Assembly (NCBI GenBank): GCA_002305475.1
Contig: DBRB01000016.1
Coordinates: 14,002 to 78,001 of the forward strand
DNA length: 64,000 nucleotides
Origin: a candidate division WWE3 bacterium UBA1379
GTDB taxonomy: Bacteria > Patescibacteriota > WWE3 > UBA101185 > UBA10185
Reading direction: 5' to 3'
In this document: in pieces, positions 59,021 to 64,000 of the stretch
Numbering within the stretch: the stretch's first letter is position 1
How the letters are laid out: the number at the start of each line of letters is the position of its first letter
Position numbers and translations under genes: made by a program
Notes under the pieces: generated by a model
Seen by the model: the letters and a program-made list of their open reading frames with translations, nothing else
Told to the model about the DNA's origin: nothing
Databases searched by the model: none

Positions 59021-60538
59021 ATGACAATAATCGAACTGGAAATACATGATGATGTAATTTCCACCTTAAATAAAATAAAGAATATCAATGATTCGGGAAT
59101 AGAACTGCATATACCAGAAGGCTCAGTATTATTTGAAAACATTTTAAATCTCAAACTGATTGAAAAAGAAATAGAAAGCGTTGGCAAAGCTGTACAGTTC
59201 AGGACCAGAGACGAGTACGGGTTAAACCTCCTGGCTGTTATTAACGGAGAAAGTATTACCCAGGCTCCCGAGGAAGTTATTACGGATCTTTCTGTAACCC
59301 AATCAGTTGCTCCTAAAAGGGAAATAAAAATCCCTGCCATTTCGCTTCCGAAAATTAATATTGGAAAATTAAATCTTCCAAAAACCGGTTTTATTATTCC
59401 TGTGGTTGTGTTGGGAGTCCTTCTGTATGGGGGATATTCCTATGCAACAAATGCTCCAAAAGCTGAGATAAAAGTGATAGTAAATACACAACCCTTAACA
59501 AAAAGCGTGACCATGAAGATAAAACGGGATGGAACATCGGACGCCTTAGCTAAAGTTGTCAGAGGAATTCCGATCGAAGCAGAAAACACAATCACAAAAA
59601 GCATAGATACTACAGGAGAAAAATTGATCGGGGAAAAAGCTGAAGGAACTGTCAAATTCTACAATAAAACGGATAGCGATATTGAACTGAAAAAAGGTAC
59701 CATATTAACGTATGAGGATCTGGAATTTGTTCTTGATAAGACAATTACAATTCCTGCCAGAGTTGATGATCTGGTGGATCCGACAAAAATAACTTTGGGT
59801 GAAGAAGAGGGAACCGTTACAGCAAAAGATATTGGGGATGACTACAATATCGGAGATGGGAAGAGCTTAAAAGTTGATGACTATAAAAACACGGATCTGG
59901 TTGCAACATCCGAAGGAAAATTTTCCGGAGGAACCAGTGAAAAGGTTAAAGTGGTAGCGGATAAGGATTTAACAGACCTTTCAACAGCGGCGCTGGAAGA
60001 AGGAAAGTCACAGGTACAGGCAGTCTTAACTCAGAAACTGGGTTTGACCCAAAAAATAGTTACGGGATCCGCTACAGTTTCGATAGTAAAAGATACATTC
60101 TCAGCAAAAGCAGGGGATGAAGCCGATAAAGTAGAAACCACCCAAGTGACAAAAATAACTGCTCTGGCTTATTCTACGGATGAACTGAATCAGATTACCT
60201 CGGAAATTCTTAAAGATCTTGTGCCGGAAGAGTATGTCCTTACCGATAAAGAACCGGAAACAAATGTGGAGATTCTTGGCAATTCCGACAGCACCATATT
60301 AAGCTCGGAAGAAGCGGACATTCAAGTTACGGTAAAAACATTTGTGATCACTGATATTAAAGAGGATGAACTCAAAGACAAACTGAAAGGAAAAAATCTG
60401 GATGAAGCTCAGAAGATACTCGGTGAAATCAGAAACGTCAGTACATATGAGCTGAAGATTGATCCCAATATCCCATTAGTCAGCAAAGTACCGGCAAAGA
60501 CAGAAAATATAGTTATCGAAATAGAAACGGAAAACTAA
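59021..60538 (+). CDS. Large bitopic membrane protein with a repetitive Thr/Lys/Glu-rich extracytoplasmic domain.
   Basis: ATG at 59021, directly after the FtsA/PilM-like stop. A single TM (FIIPVVVLGVLLYGGYSY) about 130 aa in, then about 370 aa of beta-rich, charged sequence. Confidence 0.4.
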   Translation: MTIIELEIHDDVISTLNKIKNINDSGIELHIPEGSVLFENILNLKLIEKEIESVGKAVQFRTRDEYGLNLLAVINGESITQAPEEVITDLSVTQSVAPKREIKIPAISLPKINIGKLNLPKTGFIIPVVVLGVLLYGGYSYATNAPKAEIKVIVNTQPLTKSVTMKIKRDGTSDALAKVVRGIPIEAENTITKSIDTTGEKLIGEKAEGTVKFYNKTDSDIELKKGTILTYEDLEFVLDKTITIPARVDDLVDPTKITLGEEEGTVTAKDIGDDYNIGDGKSLKVDDYKNTDLVATSEGKFSGGTSEKVKVVADKDLTDLSTAALEEGKSQVQAVLTQKLGLTQKIVTGSATVSIVKDTFSAKAGDEADKVETTQVTKITALAYSTDELNQITSEILKDLVPEEYVLTDKEPETNVEILGNSDSTILSSEEADIQVTVKTFVITDIKEDELKDKLKGKNLDEAQKILGEIRNVSTYELKIDPNIPLVSKVPAKTENIVIEIETEN

Positions 60539-61032
60539 TGATAGGAAAATCAAAAAGAGGTAGTCACCCGATAATTTATAAAAGGCACGGAGCAATAAAC
60601 CCAGAAAAATTCCAGGATGAAGTAATTCTGGCGGTTGACTACGGGTACAGCAAAATAGGTCTAGCTTTCGGTAGAAACGGTTTTGTTTCACCGGTTAGGG
60701 CAATACCTGCAAAAAACACTACAGGAGCAATTCATGAAATTGCCAAAACTGCATTAAACCACAGGGCTACAAAAATAGTCATCGGACTGCCTTTGGATCA
60801 TGAGGGAAAAGAAACCCTGCAGTCCAAAAGAGTAAGAAAATTTGCCAAGCTGTTGAAACTGCGAATAAAAAAACCTCTTGATTTCTTTGATGAATACGGA
60901 TCTACAGATGAATCCATCAAACAAACCATCGAACAGGGAATTGCGAAAAAGAAGAGAAGAGTTGTAGATCATTTCAGTGCCGCGCAGATTTTACGAAGAT
61001 ACTATGAGGAACACCACCCGGATCATCAATAA
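60538..61032 (+). CDS. ruvX: Holliday-junction resolvase-like RuvX/YqgF (putative pre-16S rRNA nuclease).
   Basis: ILAVDYGYSKIGLAFG ... IVIGLPLDHEGKE ... SAAQILRRY; 164 aa. Confidence 0.75.
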   Translation: MIGKSKRGSHPIIYKRHGAINPEKFQDEVILAVDYGYSKIGLAFGRNGFVSPVRAIPAKNTTGAIHEIAKTALNHRATKIVIGLPLDHEGKETLQSKRVRKFAKLLKLRIKKPLDFFDEYGSTDESIKQTIEQGIAKKKRRVVDHFSAAQILRRYYEEHHPDHQ

Positions 61033-61041
61033 CATCTGCCG

Positions 61042-61788
61042 TTAATTTACAGAAAATCTTACGATGCAGTTATTTTCCGGATAGGAGAATACCTGTTCAG
61101 GACTGGTATTATTTCCGATAGAGAAGTGTACATTCGCCTGAAAATGTTTTACAGGATTACCTGTTGTACCATCAACAATATTCTGGAAATCATCTCTGTT
61201 TATTGCTAGTTTGTTTGACATACTTCCGTTCATACCACCCATCATAAAAAGCTGATTTCCGTCAGATCTCATCACAGGTTTTGCAGCCTTCGTTTGCGGA
61301 TCTAAATCATCCAGATTAAAGAAGAAAACATAATAGTTATCAACATGTTGTTTGGCTCTCAATTCAAGTGTCTGTGATGGGTTTTCCCGGGTCAGAACCA
61401 GCTCTTTAAATGTGGGTCCACCTCCTGAAAAATATGCGGTGGAGCACAAACTGGCGCGCGGTGCCGCCTGCGGCTCAAATGTTGTATCAGATGCTTTTCT
61501 GGAAATCAACAAAAACCCACCGAAGGATAATGCTATAACGGTAAAAACCAGCATGATAAAAATGGGACTAATCAGACCTGACTGTACTTTTTTGGATGCG
61601 GCCATTTTCACTTCCATAGAGTCACAGTTTAAACACTGAAAGTTCTCGCCTGGTTCAAGACAGGACGGACAAAGATAAATATCATCCTTAAGGATTAAAT
61701 CCTCCTGCTTGCAGCGATTGCAAAGAAATAAAACACTTTCCTGAGGGATTTCCCCACAGTTTGGACAGATAAATTTTGTGTGTTCCAT
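61042..61788 (-). CDS. Zinc-ribbon membrane protein (N-terminal double zinc ribbon, TM, extracytoplasmic domain).
   Basis: Four Cys pairs (CPNC, CNRC, CPSC, CLNC), then a TM (ISPIFIMLVFTVIALSFGGFLLI), then a soluble domain. Confidence 0.4.
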   Translation of the reverse strand: MEHTKFICPNCGEIPQESVLFLCNRCKQEDLILKDDIYLCPSCLEPGENFQCLNCDSMEVKMAASKKVQSGLISPIFIMLVFTVIALSFGGFLLISRKASDTTFEPQAAPRASLCSTAYFSGGGPTFKELVLTRENPSQTLELRAKQHVDNYYVFFFNLDDLDPQTKAAKPVMRSDGNQLFMMGGMNGSMSNKLAINRDDFQNIVDGTTGNPVKHFQANVHFSIGNNTSPEQVFSYPENNCIVRFSVN

Positions 61789-61916
61789 ATACTAAATGGT
61801 AACATAAACAAGACATTACTGTAAAAAAACCTAATGTTAATATTAATGGCTCACACCTTTGGTAGAATATAAATAGAAGTAGATAAATATATAATATAAA
61901 CGGAGAAACACTAACT

Positions 61917-62693
61917 ATGTATAAAAGATTTATCGAAAATAAAAAAGCAGTATTTTTTGATCTTGACGGTACGCTAATTGACTCCGAACCTCTATGGAGA
62001 AAAGCAATAGAAAACGTATTGGAAAAATACAATCTGTCCTGGGCGGATCAGGAACCGGTTCTGCCGGGAACCACCTTGGAAGAAAGATGGAAATACTTTA
62101 CTAAAGAATACAAAGATTATTTCGAAAAGAAGATGGAAATTCAGGAACTGATTAAACTCACCAACGAAGAGTTCCTTGAGATTCTCAATACGAATGATCT
62201 GGAATTTATCAGCGGCTTCTGGTCACTGGCGGCAAAACTGAAAGGAAAAGAATTAAAAATATGCCTTGTTACCAACTCTACTCGGGAAGTAACGGAAAAA
62301 GTTCTGGATAAGCTTCAGGCAAAAGAAGCTTTTGATCTGATTCTTTGCGGAGATGAAGTGAAAAACAAAAAACCTGATCCGGAAATATTCCTTACGGCAG
62401 CAAAACAAATGAATTTACAGCCGGAGGAGGTATTGGTATTTGAAGACTCCATTGCCGGAACTACCGCGGCATCTAATGCAAAAATGGATACTGTGGTAAT
62501 CTGGAACGGTATTACAAACAAACTTCTTTATCCGAAAGATATGCTTTTATATATTCCGGATTTTGAGGGTCTGGATCAACTACTGGAAACTTACCCGGAG
62601 GATCAAATACAAATGGCGGCAGACGCTGCTTTAAGAGAGAAAGAGCTTACACAGCAAGAAAACAATCAAAATGATTCAACAGACATTGCTTAA
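61917..62693 (+). CDS. HAD-superfamily hydrolase (subfamily IA, beta-phosphoglucomutase/phosphatase-like).
   Basis: AVFFDLDGTLIDSEP (motif I, DxD), LVTNSTRE (motif II) and K-x(n)-FEDSIAG (motifs III and IV). Confidence 0.8.
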   Translation: MYKRFIENKKAVFFDLDGTLIDSEPLWRKAIENVLEKYNLSWADQEPVLPGTTLEERWKYFTKEYKDYFEKKMEIQELIKLTNEEFLEILNTNDLEFISGFWSLAAKLKGKELKICLVTNSTREVTEKVLDKLQAKEAFDLILCGDEVKNKKPDPEIFLTAAKQMNLQPEEVLVFEDSIAGTTAASNAKMDTVVIWNGITNKLLYPKDMLLYIPDFEGLDQLLETYPEDQIQMAADAALREKELTQQENNQNDSTDIA

Positions 62694-62695
62694 CG

Positions 62696-62728
62696 ATGTG
62701 GATAACTCGTGTTAGATTTATTCACACT
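62696..62728. promoter_or_regulatory. DnaA boxes immediately upstream of dnaA.
   Basis: TGTGGATAA at 62696-62704 is a perfect TTATCCACA on the other strand. TTATTCACA at 62720-62728 has one mismatch. Confidence 0.6.
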
Positions 62729-62761
62729 GCCTCATTGCCCCGTAACTATTAGGAGATATCT

Positions 62762-64000
62762 ATGAACAATCAGAGCGTCCAAGATACAAATGCAAAGAAT
62801 CTTTGGAAAAAAGTTCTGGGTGAACTTCAGGTTGAGGTATCTCCCCTCATTTTCAAAACCATTCTTTCCAGGGCATCCGCCAGGGATCTTACTGAAAACT
62901 CCATCGAAATTATCTGTCCCGATACACATACTAAACAAATGATGTCGGGAAAATATCTAACTCTCATACAGGACAGCATAAATAAAATAGGAAGGGGGGT
63001 GTTTGATATTAAATTCTCGGTAACAGAAGAAAAGAAAGCTGTAAAAGACCCAGGTCCTTTATTTGCAAACGACGTGGTTACCGGTGACGAGAAGAGCACT
63101 GCATCAGGGCACAGCTATGAAGATGAAGCCAGAAGATCAGGTCTGCTTACGAAATTTACTTTTGAAAACTATTTAATGGGAGCAAATAACCAGGTGGCTT
63201 TTGCTATTGCCAATGCAGTTGCGGAAAAACCTGGAACCGTATATAACCCGTATTTCATATATTCCGGAGTAGGTCTGGGAAAAACACACCTCATGCAGGC
63301 TATTGGAAATAAAATATTAAAAGTAAAACCGGGGATGAAAGTCATCTACTGCACGGGAGAATCATTTACCAATGAACTGATTGAAAATCTCCAGAAAGGT
63401 AAACGGAATAATAAATATACCTCAAATGAATTCAGGGATAAATACAGAAAAGCTGATGTTCTTCTGATAGATGATATCCAGTTTATTGCCGGAAAAGAAG
63501 CCACTCAGGTCGAATTCTTCCATACATTTGATGATCTACTCAGAGCACAGAAACAGATTGTTATCACCTCTGATCGTCCGCCGAAAGATTTCACAAATAT
63601 TGAAGATCGAATCAGATCAAGATTTGGCAGCGGTATTATTGCGGATATTCAACCGCCTGATCTGGAAATGAGAATTGCCATTTTAAGAAAGAGGCGAGAT
63701 GAAAACCAGGATGAAATTCCCAATGAAATCATCAATTTTATTGCGGAAAAAGTCTCTACAAATGTCAGGGAACTGGAGGGAGCCTATCTTCAGGTGTATG
63801 CGAAACTAAAAGCACAAGGCCTTGAACCCACCGTTTCTAATGCAGCGTCTATCTTGGGAGAAACAGTCAGGGACGATTATCAGAAGCCTGTAAACATCAA
63901 TCAGGTAATTAAAGCTGTATGCAGTTATTATTCGGTAAAGGCTTCCGATCTGAAAAGCAACCGCAGGACTAAAGACCTGGTTATTCCCCGTCAGATTGCT
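62762..64000 (+). CDS. dnaA: Chromosomal replication initiator protein DnaA (partial; continues beyond the window end).
   Basis: AGGAGA RBS then ATG at 62762. AAA+ core GVGLGKTHLMQAIG, Walker B VLLIDDIQF, sensor region ITSDRPPKD. No stop before the window end. Confidence 0.92.
   Translation, partial: MNNQSVQDTNAKNLWKKVLGELQVEVSPLIFKTILSRASARDLTENSIEIICPDTHTKQMMSGKYLTLIQDSINKIGRGVFDIKFSVTEEKKAVKDPGPLFANDVVTGDEKSTASGHSYEDEARRSGLLTKFTFENYLMGANNQVAFAIANAVAEKPGTVYNPYFIYSGVGLGKTHLMQAIGNKILKVKPGMKVIYCTGESFTNELIENLQKGKRNNKYTSNEFRDKYRKADVLLIDDIQFIAGKEATQVEFFHTFDDLLRAQKQIVITSDRPPKDFTNIEDRIRSRFGSGIIADIQPPDLEMRIAILRKRRDENQDEIPNEIINFIAEKVSTNVRELEGAYLQVYAKLKAQGLEPTVSNAASILGETVRDDYQKPVNINQVIKAVCSYYSVKASDLKSNRRTKDLVIPRQIA

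Overview
This window looks like a low-GC (roughly high-30s % by eye), gene-dense bacterial chromosome segment read with the standard genetic code. The compact proteins and gene content suggest a reduced genome of the Patescibacteria/CPR type; that is an inference, not a measurement. Contents, in order:
- An envelope polysaccharide block: a partial SDR epimerase with a membrane tail, a Wzz-like protein, an O-antigen-ligase-like protein, a UbiA-family prenyltransferase, an orphan OmpR-type response regulator, an N-terminally extended MraY/WecA-family transferase, a processive GT2 and TatD.
- A heat-shock set: hsp20 and groES-groEL, both preceded by CIRCE-like inverted repeats.
- alaS, tRNA-Cys, metG and rmuC.
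- A UvrD-type helicase fused to a Cas4/AddB-type Fe-S nuclease domain, plus a second plain UvrD/PcrA helicase.
- Two tandem FemAB-family genes, a cyclophilin, ksgA, a SpoU methyltransferase, a 3D-domain protein, an apparently frameshifted gene, a D-Ala-D-Ala carboxypeptidase and thioredoxin.
- A gap-pgk-tpi operon interrupted by a small ferredoxin and a truncated aldehyde:ferredoxin-oxidoreductase (AOR) N-domain protein.
- An LCP protein, a sortase next to a VPDTG-type sorting-signal protein, two PilN/PilO-like bitopic proteins, rpsT, murJ, lepA and the hrcA-grpE-dnaK operon.
- A cluster made of a TrwB/TraD-like membrane-anchored P-loop ATPase, an FtsA/PilM-like actin ATPase and a large bitopic membrane protein, followed by ruvX, a zinc-ribbon membrane protein and a HAD hydrolase.
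- The 5' part of dnaA, preceded by DnaA boxes, so the window reaches the replication-origin neighbourhood.
I found no CRISPR array, rRNA or clear mobile element. All calls rest on reading the translated ORFs and the DNA by eye; no database search was possible.
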